Origin: an uncultured Gammaproteobacteria bacterium
GTDB taxonomy: Bacteria; Pseudomonadota; Gammaproteobacteria; JACCXJ01
Direction: 5' to 3'
Length of the DNA: 64,000 bases
NCBI GenBank assembly: GCA_963764725.1
Contig: CAVXTM010000009.1
Location: 32,001 to 96,000, forward strand
In this document: piece by piece, positions 31,630 to 42,952 of the stretch
Numbering within the stretch: position 1 is the stretch's first letter
Layout: the number at the start of each line of letters is the position of its first letter
The notes under the pieces: generated by a model
The model's database searches: none
Told to the model about the DNA's origin: nothing
The model's input: only the letters and a program-made list of their open reading frames with translations
Translations under genes and position numbers: made by a program

Positions 31630-34308
31630 TCAGAGAGCAGTGTTTCTGGAGATGGGGAGACCACAACAGACCCGAAAACCGTACTCGTAGGAAACGAGGT
31701 CGGGAAGGCCCCAGAGGCGGTAGGCGCAGCGGGAGTAGCCACGATTGTAGTACCAAGACCCGCCACGCAACACCCGCGTGTCGCCACCTTCTGGGTGGGT
31801 ATCATTCGGGTTATCGTATTTGTTCAAACACCACTCCCAAACATTGCCGGCCATATCCAGCGCATCGCAGGGGTTCGCTCCGCGCAGATAAATGCCAACG
31901 GCAGTGGTACGATTCAAACGGCTTTCAACAGTGTTACATCGTGTGGAATCGAAATCGCTGGGCCACGGGTATTCGCGGCCCGGTTCTCCGCCCGTAGCCG
32001 CAAGCTGCCACTCGCTTTCCGTAGGCAGCCGTATGCTCATCTCCGGTCCGAGCAGACCGGCGTTTTTATACCGGTGCGTGAGCCAGCGGCAGAAGGCCAC
32101 CGCTTCATACCAGCTTACGGCCACACGAGGATGATTTGCGTACGTCCACGACGGCGATCTCGGCTCCATGCGCCTTAGATCCTGCCACCAACGCGCTTGT
32201 GTGTAGCCATCGGGGGCCTTAAGAAAAGCCTTGAACTGCGCGTTAGTCACGGTATATACGGCTATTCGAAACGACTGCTCTACCGACATCATTCCATGGT
32301 ACTCAATGTCGATCCTTTTCGGCTCTATTCGTTTAGACCATCGGATATCGGGCAGGCTGTCTGCACAAAGACCCACCCCTTGGCGCGGATCGCCGAACTC
32401 CGCGAGCTTCATTCCGATCAAGGCACGTTGTTCGTGCGATAAGGCATCGTTAGCGAGCTTTTCGATGAGAACAGCTTGCGGTCGCAAAAACCGCTCTAAA
32501 GTCTCGCTCGGGTTCTTGTGGAAACGCCCTAGTGCCGTGATTACATCGCGAGCCCGCTCGGCGCTCCAAAGGTCTTTCGGCTGCATGCCACCCTGATGCC
32601 AGCGGTGCGACTCCTCCGCAGCATGTTCAATAAGGCGTAAAGAGTCACCGCCGCTCACGATCCATGCGCTTAATCTGCCCCAGGCCGCGAATAGTTTTTC
32701 ATGCGAAACCGAAACTGTGGCTTCGTCTTTGACCAGGATCCGGCAATCGGCGGCGGCGAGTGCCTCGATCAGCTTCCGTGCATCGGCATCGGCTTTGAAG
32801 ATTTCCATCGACGCTCGATTTCGGGTCGGTGGCCGGTCACGCTCAACGTGCACAAGTTGTGCAAAAACCCGATTGAACGCAGCGCGCGTTGCTTCATCCA
32901 AAAGAGCAATGGCTAGTTCGGCTTGCGTGCCGATCGCGCCGGCTACGCCACCGATCTCTTGGTAGGCCTTCTTCGTAAAGACCCGGCCTTCGCGCCGCTC
33001 AAATAGTTTGTTCAACGCGTACGCCGCGAGCGGTAATTGACCCGGCTCGTGTGACTCGGCCAGGATTTTCGGAACGACATCAGGCTCGAATCGGTAGCCC
33101 GTCACTTCGGCCGGTTTCTCGATCATGTCCTGCAGATCTCTCGGCGATACCGTGCCGAGATGATAGCCAGCGCTCGCGTTTAGCAGTTCCCGCGCCACGG
33201 GGATGTCTGCCAACTGACCCAGGAACTCGTTACCCACGGTTGCCAGCACACGCAGGCGGCTGCCCTTGATACCCGTTGCAGCGATTATCATTTCAAGAAA
33301 AGCCTCGATGCCCGATGCGCTAGATCCCCGCGTGAACAACTCCTCCAGCTGATCGATAAATAAAACGAGCTCTGAATCACCCGCCAGATGTTTGACTAAA
33401 AGTTCTTGTAGCTCGTCTTGTTTTTCCTTCACTTCTTTCGCGACATCGGGCGGTCGAGTCGGAATTTTCGGAAACACTTGTTTGAGTCCCCAGGCTAAAG
33501 ATGCGAACGGTGTCTCGCCATCGCCGGGTTGGATCCGTAGCCAGATCCAATCCTGACTGCCGGCGATGCGATTATCCTGAATCAAGCCGCGCCACACACC
33601 GGCATCGACCAAGGATGACTTCCCCGATCCCGACGCACCGCTCACAATGACAAACCGGCCCATCGGTTCACTCATCTTAGCGATGATTTCGTCAACTTCG
33701 CGTTCACGGCCGAAGAAGACGGGAGCGTATTCCTGGTCAAATCGCAGTAACCCGGGATAAGGCGATTTTTCTTTGGGCCAGTCGATACGGGTGACCACGC
33801 TTTCTGTCGCACGCAAGCCCGATATCTCGACCAGTGCTTGGTAAATAAGCTTTTCAAGCTCGTGTACATCGAAAAAACTCCCCGCGGTCAAATTCGCGTC
33901 GGATAATCGCTTTCGAAAAGCTTGCTGCCGAGTGCCGAATTCGTGATCGGAAAATGATCCCACCGGTACCGCCGCACCTTGGTCTAAGAAGAATATCAAA
34001 CGTTGTTTTGCAGGCGGATCAGAGGCTGCTTCAAACTCGAGTTCCGTATAAGAAACCTCAGGCCGATCCCGCACGGGTGATCCATAGCGAAATCCAACGA
34101 TGCCAACATACACATCACATTCACGTACTCGTTCTTTACAGTAGCTACCGGGTCTTTCGTCACGCGCAGTGAAGTAGCCCATGTCGCACGGAACCGCACC
34201 TGCTCGGTTGATCGCGGCGATTGCCGCTTGGATAAACGAACGCTTTTCTGGGAACAATGCGAATTCGGAAGTATGACTAATGAACACTCGCTGTATCTGG
34301 GTAGGCAT
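31630..34308 (-). CDS. DUF4062 + nSTAND1 P-loop NTPase + FGE-sulfatase (SUMF1) domain protein
   Basis: RVFISHT..CDVYVGIVGFRYGS..SYTELEF; PYPGL..FFGRE, GASGSGKSS, IDQLEELF; DMAGNVWEWC, VLRGGSW, GFRV. Confidence 0.92.
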   Translation of the reverse strand: MPTQIQRVFISHTSEFALFPEKRSFIQAAIAAINRAGAVPCDMGYFTARDERPGSYCKERVRECDVYVGIVGFRYGSPVRDRPEVSYTELEFEAASDPPAKQRLIFFLDQGAAVPVGSFSDHEFGTRQQAFRKRLSDANLTAGSFFDVHELEKLIYQALVEISGLRATESVVTRIDWPKEKSPYPGLLRFDQEYAPVFFGREREVDEIIAKMSEPMGRFVIVSGASGSGKSSLVDAGVWRGLIQDNRIAGSQDWIWLRIQPGDGETPFASLAWGLKQVFPKIPTRPPDVAKEVKEKQDELQELLVKHLAGDSELVLFIDQLEELFTRGSSASGIEAFLEMIIAATGIKGSRLRVLATVGNEFLGQLADIPVARELLNASAGYHLGTVSPRDLQDMIEKPAEVTGYRFEPDVVPKILAESHEPGQLPLAAYALNKLFERREGRVFTKKAYQEIGGVAGAIGTQAELAIALLDEATRAAFNRVFAQLVHVERDRPPTRNRASMEIFKADADARKLIEALAAADCRILVKDEATVSVSHEKLFAAWGRLSAWIVSGGDSLRLIEHAAEESHRWHQGGMQPKDLWSAERARDVITALGRFHKNPSETLERFLRPQAVLIEKLANDALSHEQRALIGMKLAEFGDPRQGVGLCADSLPDIRWSKRIEPKRIDIEYHGMMSVEQSFRIAVYTVTNAQFKAFLKAPDGYTQARWWQDLRRMEPRSPSWTYANHPRVAVSWYEAVAFCRWLTHRYKNAGLLGPEMSIRLPTESEWQLAATGGEPGREYPWPSDFDSTRCNTVESRLNRTTAVGIYLRGANPCDALDMAGNVWEWCLNKYDNPNDTHPEGGDTRVLRGGSWYYNRGYSRCAYRLWGLPDLVSYEYGFRVCCGLPISRNTAL

Positions 34309-34623
34309 AGCGTGCTACTCCATGTCCTAGGGAAGACGAAAACCCAGGACGTTGGACTGGGTACCGCGGACGGACCCGCTACGGGAGGCCGAGCGGACGG
34401 ACATTGGTCCACCCAATTTTGCATCATCTTGCGCAGCAAATAAACACCTTAGGCCGCTGCTCTCTTCTGGCGTTTCGCTTCAACGTCATGCCCTGAAATT
34501 CAACCCATAGGCGTTCGCTAATTCAAGGTGACGCGTGTTTGCGCCGCGCGGATGGGAGGCGTTAGAGAATACGCGGTGCAGCCGGTACAATTCGAGTTAT
34601 TGGTAAAAAGCGAGTTGGAAGCC

Positions 34624-35877
34624 ATGTCGAACGTACCATGTAAGGCCCGTCGGACGCCGCTCTTTTCCTGGCACGCTGCCCATGGTGCCGGAATGGTCGA
34701 ATTCGGGGGGTGGACGATGCCGCTAAATTACCAAAGCGGTATCCTGCAGGAGCATCTCGCCACGCGCCAGCGCGCGGGTCTTTTCGACGTCTCCCACATG
34801 GGGCGGTTCAAGATCGAGGGAGAGGCAGCCGAGAATTTCGCGCTGACCGTGTTGACGAATAACGCGCGATCTCTGGAACTACTTCAGGCGCAATACACCT
34901 TCCTGGCCAATGAGCAGGGCGGCGCGATAGATGATGCCTACCTGTATAGACTGACGCGGAGGGAATTTCTCCTCGTCGTCAACGCGTCCAACCGTGACAA
35001 AGACTGGCTATGGTTACAGCAACATAAATGTGCGGGAGTCGAACTCACCGATGTGAGCGACGATACAGCTATGATCGCTATCCAAGGCCCTGCCTCCGTT
35101 TCCATCCTGGAATCGGTCATCGGGAAGGAGGCGCTGCCGGAGAGCAGAAGAAATTGCTGCCGTATCGCGAGGGTCGAAGGACAAGCACTGCTCATTGCGC
35201 GTACCGGTTATACCGGCGAGGCGCTCGGGTTTGAATTGTTCCCGAAGTCGGAGCATCTCCCGGCGCTTTGGGAACGGCTAGTTAGCCTCGGAGCGGTCCC
35301 CGCGGGCTTGGGCGCGCGCGATACGCTTCGAGTCGAAGCCGGACTGCCGCTTTACGGTCACGAATTGGGCCGGGATCACGACGGTAATGACATCCCTATT
35401 TTCGCGAACACATTTGCGAGCTTTGCCGTCCGGGTCCCCGATCGACATGATTACATTGGTCAAGCGCGGTTAGACAATCAGAGAAAAGAGCTGCAATTGA
35501 TCAAACGAGGAGAGTTACACACTCCTCTTGGGGACCGCATCTTAAAGCGCTTAGTGCGGCCGATCATGAGTCGTACTGACAAGCGGCCTTTCAGGGCCGG
35601 ATCGAAAGTTTTCCGCGGCGATGAATTTCTTGGTTATGTGAGCTCGGGGACCGTGGCGCCGTATTCCTGGAAATCGGATAGCGAGGGTAAAGCAATGGAA
35701 ACCGGGGAGCTGTTGCTGCGGCCGATCGGCTTAGCCTTAATCGATTCCACACTCGGGTATCGGAGCGATCCGTCCTTGGTCCTGCGGGTGATCGATGCTC
35801 GCGGCCGCGGCATGGAGGCCGAGTGGGTGACCACAAATCTCGTCGGTGCATACGACGCGCGTCCTGCTGCGAGGTGA
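34624..35877 (+). CDS. gcvT: GcvT-family aminomethyltransferase
   Basis: FGGWTMP, GLFDVSHMG, RTGYTGE, GARDTLRVEAGLPLYGHE; ATG at 34624. Confidence 0.8.
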   Translation: MSNVPCKARRTPLFSWHAAHGAGMVEFGGWTMPLNYQSGILQEHLATRQRAGLFDVSHMGRFKIEGEAAENFALTVLTNNARSLELLQAQYTFLANEQGGAIDDAYLYRLTRREFLLVVNASNRDKDWLWLQQHKCAGVELTDVSDDTAMIAIQGPASVSILESVIGKEALPESRRNCCRIARVEGQALLIARTGYTGEALGFELFPKSEHLPALWERLVSLGAVPAGLGARDTLRVEAGLPLYGHELGRDHDGNDIPIFANTFASFAVRVPDRHDYIGQARLDNQRKELQLIKRGELHTPLGDRILKRLVRPIMSRTDKRPFRAGSKVFRGDEFLGYVSSGTVAPYSWKSDSEGKAMETGELLLRPIGLALIDSTLGYRSDPSLVLRVIDARGRGMEAEWVTTNLVGAYDARPAAR

Positions 35878-35951
35878 CGCGCTTTCGCGTCGCGGAGCAG
35901 GGGATCGGCTTCCATGGGTATCGTTCTTGACCTGCCGGTTGCAAATCGTAG

Positions 35952-37055
35952 GTGAAACCCCGCACCATGACATCGGGAGCGAATATGTTGCTGGATAAGC
36001 CCAAAAGCCTTCACGACACCGTGCGCGCCATCGGATGGTGCGAAGGGCGTCTTGTGCTCCTGGATCAGCGGCGGCTGCCGGCGGAATGCGAATACCTAAG
36101 TTTCGATACGCCCGAGGCGGTCGCTGGGGCCATCACGACCATGGTGGTACGCGGCGCGCCGGCCATCGGCATCGCGGCCGCCTATGGGGTCGTGCTGGCG
36201 GCGCGCAAGGCCTATGCGAACGAGCGCGAGGGTTGGCGGCAGGCCATCGGTGCCGATTGTGAAGGCTTGCGGGCCGCGCGTCCCACCGCGGTGAATCTCG
36301 GGTGGGCGATCGAACGCATGCGCGCGGCGTTTCCGGAGAGTCCCGGAGATCCCGAACCCGCCTTACTCGCCGAGGCGCAGGCGATCCACGAAGAGGATAT
36401 CGCCGCCAACCGGCGCATGGGCGCGATCGGCGCGGCATTCCTCAAATCCGGTGCGCGCGTCTTGACCCACTGCAACGCGGGGTCCTTGGCGACCGGGGGA
36501 TACGGCACGGCGCTAGGCGTGATCCGCTCGGCCTACGCCTGCGGGAAGATCGCGCAAGTCCATGTCGGCGAGACGCGCCCCTGGCTCCAAGGTGCGCGTT
36601 TGACCGCCTGGGAGCTGCTCCGCGACCGGATCCCGGTCACCCTGCTCGCCGACAGCGCGGCGGCGTATCTCATGCAACGGGGTATCGATTGGGTCATCGT
36701 TGGGGCGGATCGCATCGCCGCCAATGGCGATGTTGTCAACAAGATCGGCACCTATGGCCTGGCCGTTGCGGCCCGGGCGCACGGGGTTCGATTCATGGTC
36801 GCCGCCCCCACCTCGACGTTTGATCTGGAGGCGCTCGATGGCTGCGCGATCCCGATCGAGAACCGCCCGTCGGAGGAGATTGTGGGTCTAGCCGGGCAAC
36901 GAGTTGCCGCACCTGGCGTAGATATTTGGAATCCGGTCTTCGATGTGACGCCCGCGGCGCTTATCGATGTCCTGGTGACCGAGAAGGGCGCCGTCGAGCA
37001 TCCGACTGCCGCTAGTCTCAACGCCTTGCTAACGGGGGATCACCGGGTTGTTTGA
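35952..37055 (+). CDS. mtnA: S-methyl-5-thioribose-1-phosphate isomerase
   Basis: [41 protein letters not shown]. Confidence 0.96.
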   Translation: MKPRTMTSGANMLLDKPKSLHDTVRAIGWCEGRLVLLDQRRLPAECEYLSFDTPEAVAGAITTMVVRGAPAIGIAAAYGVVLAARKAYANEREGWRQAIGADCEGLRAARPTAVNLGWAIERMRAAFPESPGDPEPALLAEAQAIHEEDIAANRRMGAIGAAFLKSGARVLTHCNAGSLATGGYGTALGVIRSAYACGKIAQVHVGETRPWLQGARLTAWELLRDRIPVTLLADSAAAYLMQRGIDWVIVGADRIAANGDVVNKIGTYGLAVAARAHGVRFMVAAPTSTFDLEALDGCAIPIENRPSEEIVGLAGQRVAAPGVDIWNPVFDVTPAALIDVLVTEKGAVEHPTAASLNALLTGDHRVV

Positions 37056-37232
37056 GGTCGTGCTATCCACCACCCCTCCGTCGTCCGTGCAATCAGCGAG
37101 TTTGGGCGCGCACAGCGCCAGGCGCCCGACGACCATCTAAAAATCACGTTAAAAATCCTACACCTCGGTATCTCGTTCCGGGTTATGGTAGCATTTCGCG
37201 GCAGAGGCTAGTCCAGCCGTGAAGAGTATCTG

Positions 37233-39779
37233 ATGATCCAATTCGCCAAAGAAGTCTCGCCTGTCAATATCGAAGACGAGATGCGCCAGTCTTATATGGA
37301 TTACGCGATGAGCGTAATCGTGGGCCGGGCGCTGCCGGACGCGCGGGACGGCCTGAAACCCGTTCACCGGCGCGTCCTCCATGCGATGCGGGAGCTCGGC
37401 AACGACTGGAACAAGCCGAACAAGAAATCGGCGCGCGTGGTCGGTGATGTCATCGGTAAATACCATCCCCACGGGGATGTCGCCGTCTATGACACCATCG
37501 TGCGCATGGCGCAACCCTTTTCCTTGCGCTACATGCTGATCGACGGGCAAGGCAACTTCGGTTCCGTGGACGGTGACTCGCCGGCTGCCATGCGTTACAC
37601 CGAGGTGCGGATGTCGCGCATCGCCCACGAGCTGCTCGCCGATATCGACAAGGAGACCGTCGATTTCTCTCCCAACTACGACGGCTCCGAGACCGAACCC
37701 ACGATCCTTCCGACGCGCGTCCCGAACCTCTTGATCAACGGATCGAGCGGCATCGCCGTGGGCATGGCCACCAATATTCCGCCCCACAACCTCGGCGAGA
37801 TAATCAGCGGCTGTCTGGCGCTCATCGATCGCCCCGATATCGACGTCAGCGGGCTGCTCGAGTTCATCCCGGGACCGGACTTTCCCACGGCGGCGATCAT
37901 CAATGGGACCGAGGGGATCCGGGAAGCCTACGAGACCGGGCGCGGGAGGATCCACGTGCGCGCGCGCATCGCGATCGAGTCCTATGATGCGGGTGAGCGC
38001 ATCGTCGTGACGGAGTTGCCCTACCAGGTCAACAAGGCGCGCTTGATGGAGCGAATCGCGGAGTTAGTCAAGGACAAGAAGCTCGAAGGGATCCGAGAGC
38101 TGCGGGACGAGTCCGACAAGGACGGAATGCGCATGGTGGTGGAGCTGCGCCGCGGCGAGATCGCCGAGGTTGTGCTCAACAACCTCTATCAGCAGACGCA
38201 GATGCAGGTGGTATTCGGCGTGAACATGGTCGCACTGATCCAGGGCCGGCCACAGATCTTGTCGCTCAAGCAATTGATCGAGTGCTTCCTGCGCCACCGC
38301 CGGGAGGTGATCACCCGCCGTACCATTTACGATCTGCGCAAGGCGCGGGAACGGGCGCATAATCTAGAAGGCTTGGCCGTGGCCTTGGCGAACATCGATC
38401 CGGTGATCGCCCTTATCAAGGCCTCGGCCAATCCCGCGGCAGCCAGGGCGGGACTGATGGCGCGCGCGTGGGCGCCGGGAGCGGTCGTGCAGATGCTGGA
38501 GCGTTCGGGCGCCGAAGTGTCCCGTCCGGAAAATCTAGCGCCCGAGTTCGGACTGACGCCGAATGGCTACCGCTTGTCCGAAGCCCAGGCGCAGGCGATC
38601 TTGGATCTGCGGCTGCACCGACTCACCGGGCTGGAGCAAGAAAAGATCGTGCAGGACTATCAAACCGTCCTGGAAAACATCGCGAATCTGTTGGAGATCC
38701 TGGCACGCCCGGAACGGCTGACCCAAGTAATGCGCGAGGAGCTCATCGACATCCGCGAACAGTTCGGTGACAAGCGCCGTACCGAGATCCGGCAACGGCA
38801 CGTGCAATTGAGCCTCGAGGATCTGATCAGCGTCGAGGATGTGGTGGTTACCTTGTCGCATGAGGGCTACGCCAAGGCGCAACCGATGGACGAGTACCGC
38901 CTGCAGCGGCGTGGTGGCAAGGGCAAGATGGCTACGGCGATGAAAGAGGAGGACTTTATCGAGAAACTGTTCGTGGCCAGCACCCACGATACGATCCTAT
39001 GTTTTTCGAACCGCGGCCGGGCATACTGGCTCAAGGTCTATGAGTTGCCTCAGGCTGGGCGCGCCGCGCGCGGCAAGCCGATGGTCAATCTCTTGCCGTT
39101 GAAGAACGAGGAGCGCATCACGGCCATTCTTCCCATCAAGTCCTTCGAGCAGGATGGATTCCTGGTCATGGCGACCAGCCGCGGCGTGGTCAAGAAGTGT
39201 CCGTTAGCGGAGTTCTCGCGGCCGCGCGCGAGCGGTATTATCGCCATCGACTTGAGCGATGGCGATCGGCTGGTGGGCGTGGCTCTGACCGATGGCCGTC
39301 AGGAGCTTATGCTGTTCAGCACCTCGGGCAAGGCCGTCCGTTTCAGCGAAACGGAGGTGCGCGCGATGGGCCGGGCGGCCCGGGGCGTACGAGGTATCAG
39401 ATTGAGGGCCGGGCATGCGGTGATCTCGCTCATTATTCCCGATGCGCAGAGCCAGATCCTCTGTGCGACCGAACGCGGCTACGGTAAGCGCACGCCGGTA
39501 GGCGACTATACGGTGCACGCCCGCGGCGGCCAGGGCGTCATCGCCATCCAGACCACCGCCCGCAACGGAAAGCTCGTCGGGGCCGTCGGCATCCGCGATG
39601 ATGAGGAAGTCATGCTGGTGAGCGACCGGGGAACCCTGGTCCGCACCGCCGCGAACGATATCTCGATTGTCGGCCGAAATACCCAGGGTGTCACGTTAAT
39701 TAACCTCGCCGATGACGAACGCTTGGTCGGGATCGAGCGCGTCGCGGATTATAACGATAGCGATAACGATAACGAATAG
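37233..39779 (+). CDS. gyrA: DNA gyrase subunit A
   Basis: YHPHGD, AAMRYTE, GyrA box QRRGGKG, C-terminal blades. Confidence 0.98.
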   Translation: MIQFAKEVSPVNIEDEMRQSYMDYAMSVIVGRALPDARDGLKPVHRRVLHAMRELGNDWNKPNKKSARVVGDVIGKYHPHGDVAVYDTIVRMAQPFSLRYMLIDGQGNFGSVDGDSPAAMRYTEVRMSRIAHELLADIDKETVDFSPNYDGSETEPTILPTRVPNLLINGSSGIAVGMATNIPPHNLGEIISGCLALIDRPDIDVSGLLEFIPGPDFPTAAIINGTEGIREAYETGRGRIHVRARIAIESYDAGERIVVTELPYQVNKARLMERIAELVKDKKLEGIRELRDESDKDGMRMVVELRRGEIAEVVLNNLYQQTQMQVVFGVNMVALIQGRPQILSLKQLIECFLRHRREVITRRTIYDLRKARERAHNLEGLAVALANIDPVIALIKASANPAAARAGLMARAWAPGAVVQMLERSGAEVSRPENLAPEFGLTPNGYRLSEAQAQAILDLRLHRLTGLEQEKIVQDYQTVLENIANLLEILARPERLTQVMREELIDIREQFGDKRRTEIRQRHVQLSLEDLISVEDVVVTLSHEGYAKAQPMDEYRLQRRGGKGKMATAMKEEDFIEKLFVASTHDTILCFSNRGRAYWLKVYELPQAGRAARGKPMVNLLPLKNEERITAILPIKSFEQDGFLVMATSRGVVKKCPLAEFSRPRASGIIAIDLSDGDRLVGVALTDGRQELMLFSTSGKAVRFSETEVRAMGRAARGVRGIRLRAGHAVISLIIPDAQSQILCATERGYGKRTPVGDYTVHARGGQGVIAIQTTARNGKLVGAVGIRDDEEVMLVSDRGTLVRTAANDISIVGRNTQGVTLINLADDERLVGIERVADYNDSDNDNE

Positions 39780-39787
39780 ATCCCCGC

Positions 39788-40879
39788 GTGGACCTCCCTA
39801 ACGACGACCGATTGCAGGGCTTGCGCACGCGCATCGACGAGGTCGATGCGGAGATTCTGCACATGATTACGGCCCGGGCGCAGCTTGCTAAGGAAGTCGC
39901 GGCGGCGAAGGGTAACGATCATGAGCCCGATGTCTACTATCGCCCGGAACGCGAAGCCCAAGTCTTGAGAAAGATCATCTCGCAGAACAAAGGGCCTTTG
40001 TCGGACGAAGAGATGGCCCGCTTGTTCCGCGAGATCATGTCCGCCTGTCTCGCGCTGGAACAGCCCTTGAACGTGGCGTTTCTCGGGCCCGAGGGCACGT
40101 TCACCCATGCCTCGGTGCATAAACATTTCGGTAATTCCGTGCATGCCTTGCCGATGGGTACGATAGACGAGGTGTTCCGCGAAGTCGAAGCGGGGGCTTG
40201 CCATTACGGGGTCGTGCCGGTAGAGAATTCGATCGAAGGCGTGGTCAACCACACCTTGGATATGTTCGTCAATTCACCGCTCAAGATCTGCGGCGAGGTC
40301 GAGCTGCGCATTCACCATCACCTGCTGGGGAAGAATGTCATGCCGCGAGAAGTCACCCGCGTATTCGCCCACGAGCAGGCTTTGGCGCAGTGCCGCCGCT
40401 GGTTGAATAGTCACCTCGCGCACGCCGAAAGGGTGGCGTTTGCGAGCAATGCGGAAGCCGCGCGGCGCGCCGCTAGCGAGCCGGCGACTGCCGCGATCGC
40501 CGGGGATGCGGCGGCCACGATCTACGGCTTGGAACATCTGGTGAGGAATATCGAAGACGAATCCGACAATACGACGCGTTTTATCGTCATCGGCCACCAG
40601 TCGGTCCCGCCGAGTGGGGATGACAAGACCTCGCTGATATTCTCGACGCCGAATCGGCCCGGCGCCCTCTATCACCTGCTCGCCTCGTTCGCCGAACACG
40701 GGATCAGCATGATGCGCATCGAATCGCGTCCCTCGCGCCGCGGCATGTGGGAGTATTTCTTCTTTGTGGATATCGAAGGGCACCTGCGGGACGAGGTGGT
40801 CGCACAAGCCTTGAAGGACCTCAAGCAGCGCGCGGCCATGCTCAAGCTGCTTGGTTCCTATCCTCGGGCGGTACTCTGA
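39788..40879 (+). CDS. pheA: Chorismate mutase/prephenate dehydratase
   Basis: LRTRIDEVD, LGPEGTF, PVENS, NTTRF, IESRP. Confidence 0.96.
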   Translation: MDLPNDDRLQGLRTRIDEVDAEILHMITARAQLAKEVAAAKGNDHEPDVYYRPEREAQVLRKIISQNKGPLSDEEMARLFREIMSACLALEQPLNVAFLGPEGTFTHASVHKHFGNSVHALPMGTIDEVFREVEAGACHYGVVPVENSIEGVVNHTLDMFVNSPLKICGEVELRIHHHLLGKNVMPREVTRVFAHEQALAQCRRWLNSHLAHAERVAFASNAEAARRAASEPATAAIAGDAAATIYGLEHLVRNIEDESDNTTRFIVIGHQSVPPSGDDKTSLIFSTPNRPGALYHLLASFAEHGISMMRIESRPSRRGMWEYFFFVDIEGHLRDEVVAQALKDLKQRAAMLKLLGSYPRAVL

Positions 40880-40909
40880 GAGCTAGTGAATAAATCTGCT
40901 GCGCAGCCC
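40880..40909 (+). repeat. Truncated left end of the MITE family
   Basis: GAGCTAGTGAATAAATCTGCTGCGCAGCCC versus GAGCTTGTGAATAAATCTACTGCGCAGCCC at 48594 (2 mismatches in 30). Confidence 0.85.
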
Positions 40910-42037
40910 ATGGAAAACGATCGACGCAACCCCATCGATTTTTTTGCGCTGGCGGCGCCCGGCGTGCGCGCGCTCGATCCCTATCGACCCGGTAAGCCGC
41001 TCGCGGAGCTGGCGCGGGAGTATGGGATCACCGATGCCGTAAGGCTGGCCTCGAACGAAAACCCGCTCGGTCCGGGACCACGCGCCCGCGCCGCGATCAG
41101 GGCTGGGTGCGCGGACATCGGCCGGTATCCGGACGGCGGCGGTTATGCCTTGAAGCAGGCATTGGCTGCGCGCCTGGCGATCGGGAGCGATCGGATCACC
41201 TTGGGAAACGGCTCCAACGACGTCCTCGAGTTGGCGGCGCGCAGCTTCGTCACCTCGTCGCACCAGGTGATCTTTTCCCAACACGCCTTCGCGGTGTATG
41301 CGCTCGTCACCCAAGCCATCGGAGCCGAAGCGGTCGTGACACCCGCCCGCGACTATGGGCACGATCTTGGAGCGATGCGATCGGCGATCAATGCTCGGAC
41401 CCGGCTCATTTTTATCGCCAATCCTAATAACCCGACAGGCACCTGGATCGACGAGCCGGGGTTATTGAAATTTATCCAGTACGTACCGCCGCGGGTAGTG
41501 ATCGTTCTCGATGAAGCCTACTTTGAGTATGTGCAGGCGCCGGGTTATCCGAACGGCCTGCGGCTTATTGATCGGTTTCCGAACCTGATCGTGACGCGTA
41601 CGTTCTCCAAGATCCACGGACTTGCCGGCTTACGCGTGGGCTACGCGATCTCGCATCCCCAGGTGGCGGAGTTGATGAACCGGGTGCGCCAGCCTTTCAA
41701 CGTCAATAGCGTTGCGCTCGCGGCGGCGGAGGCCGCGCTTGCCGACGAGGAGCATGTGGCTACAAGCGTGGCGGTCAATACCGCCGGGCTCGCGCGACTG
41801 ACTCGGGCATGTGAAGCATTGGGGCTCGGCTACATCCCTTCGGCCGCGAATTTTCTCTGCATCGAGCTCGGCCCCCGCGCGTGCGATCTCTATGAGGCCT
41901 TGCTCAGGCGGGGTGTGATCGTGCGGCCGATCGCCAACTATGGCCTGCCAAACCACCTCCGGATCACAATTGGAACCGAGCGGGAGAATACGCGTTTCAT
42001 CGACGCACTCAAGACGGTGCTGAATGAACGATCCTAA
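40910..42037 (+). CDS. hisC: Histidinol-phosphate aminotransferase
   Basis: LASNENP, NPNNPTG, DEAY, RTFSKIHGLAGLRVGY. Confidence 0.95.
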   Translation: MENDRRNPIDFFALAAPGVRALDPYRPGKPLAELAREYGITDAVRLASNENPLGPGPRARAAIRAGCADIGRYPDGGGYALKQALAARLAIGSDRITLGNGSNDVLELAARSFVTSSHQVIFSQHAFAVYALVTQAIGAEAVVTPARDYGHDLGAMRSAINARTRLIFIANPNNPTGTWIDEPGLLKFIQYVPPRVVIVLDEAYFEYVQAPGYPNGLRLIDRFPNLIVTRTFSKIHGLAGLRVGYAISHPQVAELMNRVRQPFNVNSVALAAAEAALADEEHVATSVAVNTAGLARLTRACEALGLGYIPSAANFLCIELGPRACDLYEALLRRGVIVRPIANYGLPNHLRITIGTERENTRFIDALKTVLNERS

Positions 42038-42055
42038 GGAGGCGCAGTAGCCATC

Positions 42056-42952
42056 GTGCCGCCCTCAAGGGTCGCCATTATCGGCGTCGGTCTCATTGGC
42101 GGATCGCTCGCCCGCGCCTTGAAGCGCGCCGGAGAGCGCGTGGCGGGATACGACACGGACCCAATGGTCCTGCGCCGGGCGCGCGAGATCGGTGTCATCG
42201 ATGAGCCGTGCGCCCATCTTTGCGGTGCGGTCGAGGGCGCCGAGATCGTGGTGATCGCCGTGCCGCTGGGGGCCGTCCCGGGGGTCTTTCAGGGTCTCCC
42301 CGGGAGCTTGGATGAGCATGCGGTGATCACCGACGTCGGTAGCGTGAAAGGTTCCGTGGTTCATGCCGCCCGCCGGTATCTCGGGCATCACCTACCGCGT
42401 TTCGTGCCGGGACACCCTATCGCGGGCACCGAGCATAGCGGCGTAGAGAATTCTTGTGCCGGGCTCTTTCATGGACAGCGCGTGATTTTAACCCCCCTCG
42501 CCGAGACCGACCCGCGCGCGCTGGAGCGCGTGCGCTTGCTGTGGCGACAAACTGGAGCCGTGGTTGAGGACATGGAGATCGGCCGGCACGATCAAGTCTT
42601 TGCCGCCACCAGCCATCTGCCGCATGTGCTGGCCTATGCGTTGGTGCGCACCGCCGCGCGCGCGAGCGGCCGGTCCGCGCTCTTGCGCTACGCGGCGGGA
42701 GGATTCGCGGACATCACCCGCATCGCTTCGAGCAACCCCGTCATGTGGCGCGATATTTTTTTCGCTAATCGCGTGCGGCTCATCGAGATGGTCGAACGTT
42801 TTCGCGAGGATCTCGCGTTGCTCCGCGACGCTATCGAGGCCGAGGACGGTCCTGCGATCGCTGCGTTGTTGGACGAGGCCAAGAAGACAAGGGATGCCTT
42901 GGCCGCCGAGCAGCGGATCGAGCCGGATCTCGCGGCGGAAAAAAAGCGGTGA
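42056..42952 (+). CDS. tyrA: Prephenate dehydrogenase
   Basis: GVGLIGGS, DVGSVK, HPIAGTE, SHLPH. Confidence 0.94.
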   Translation: MPPSRVAIIGVGLIGGSLARALKRAGERVAGYDTDPMVLRRAREIGVIDEPCAHLCGAVEGAEIVVIAVPLGAVPGVFQGLPGSLDEHAVITDVGSVKGSVVHAARRYLGHHLPRFVPGHPIAGTEHSGVENSCAGLFHGQRVILTPLAETDPRALERVRLLWRQTGAVVEDMEIGRHDQVFAATSHLPHVLAYALVRTAARASGRSALLRYAAGGFADITRIASSNPVMWRDIFFANRVRLIEMVERFREDLALLRDAIEAEDGPAIAALLDEAKKTRDALAAEQRIEPDLAAEKKR

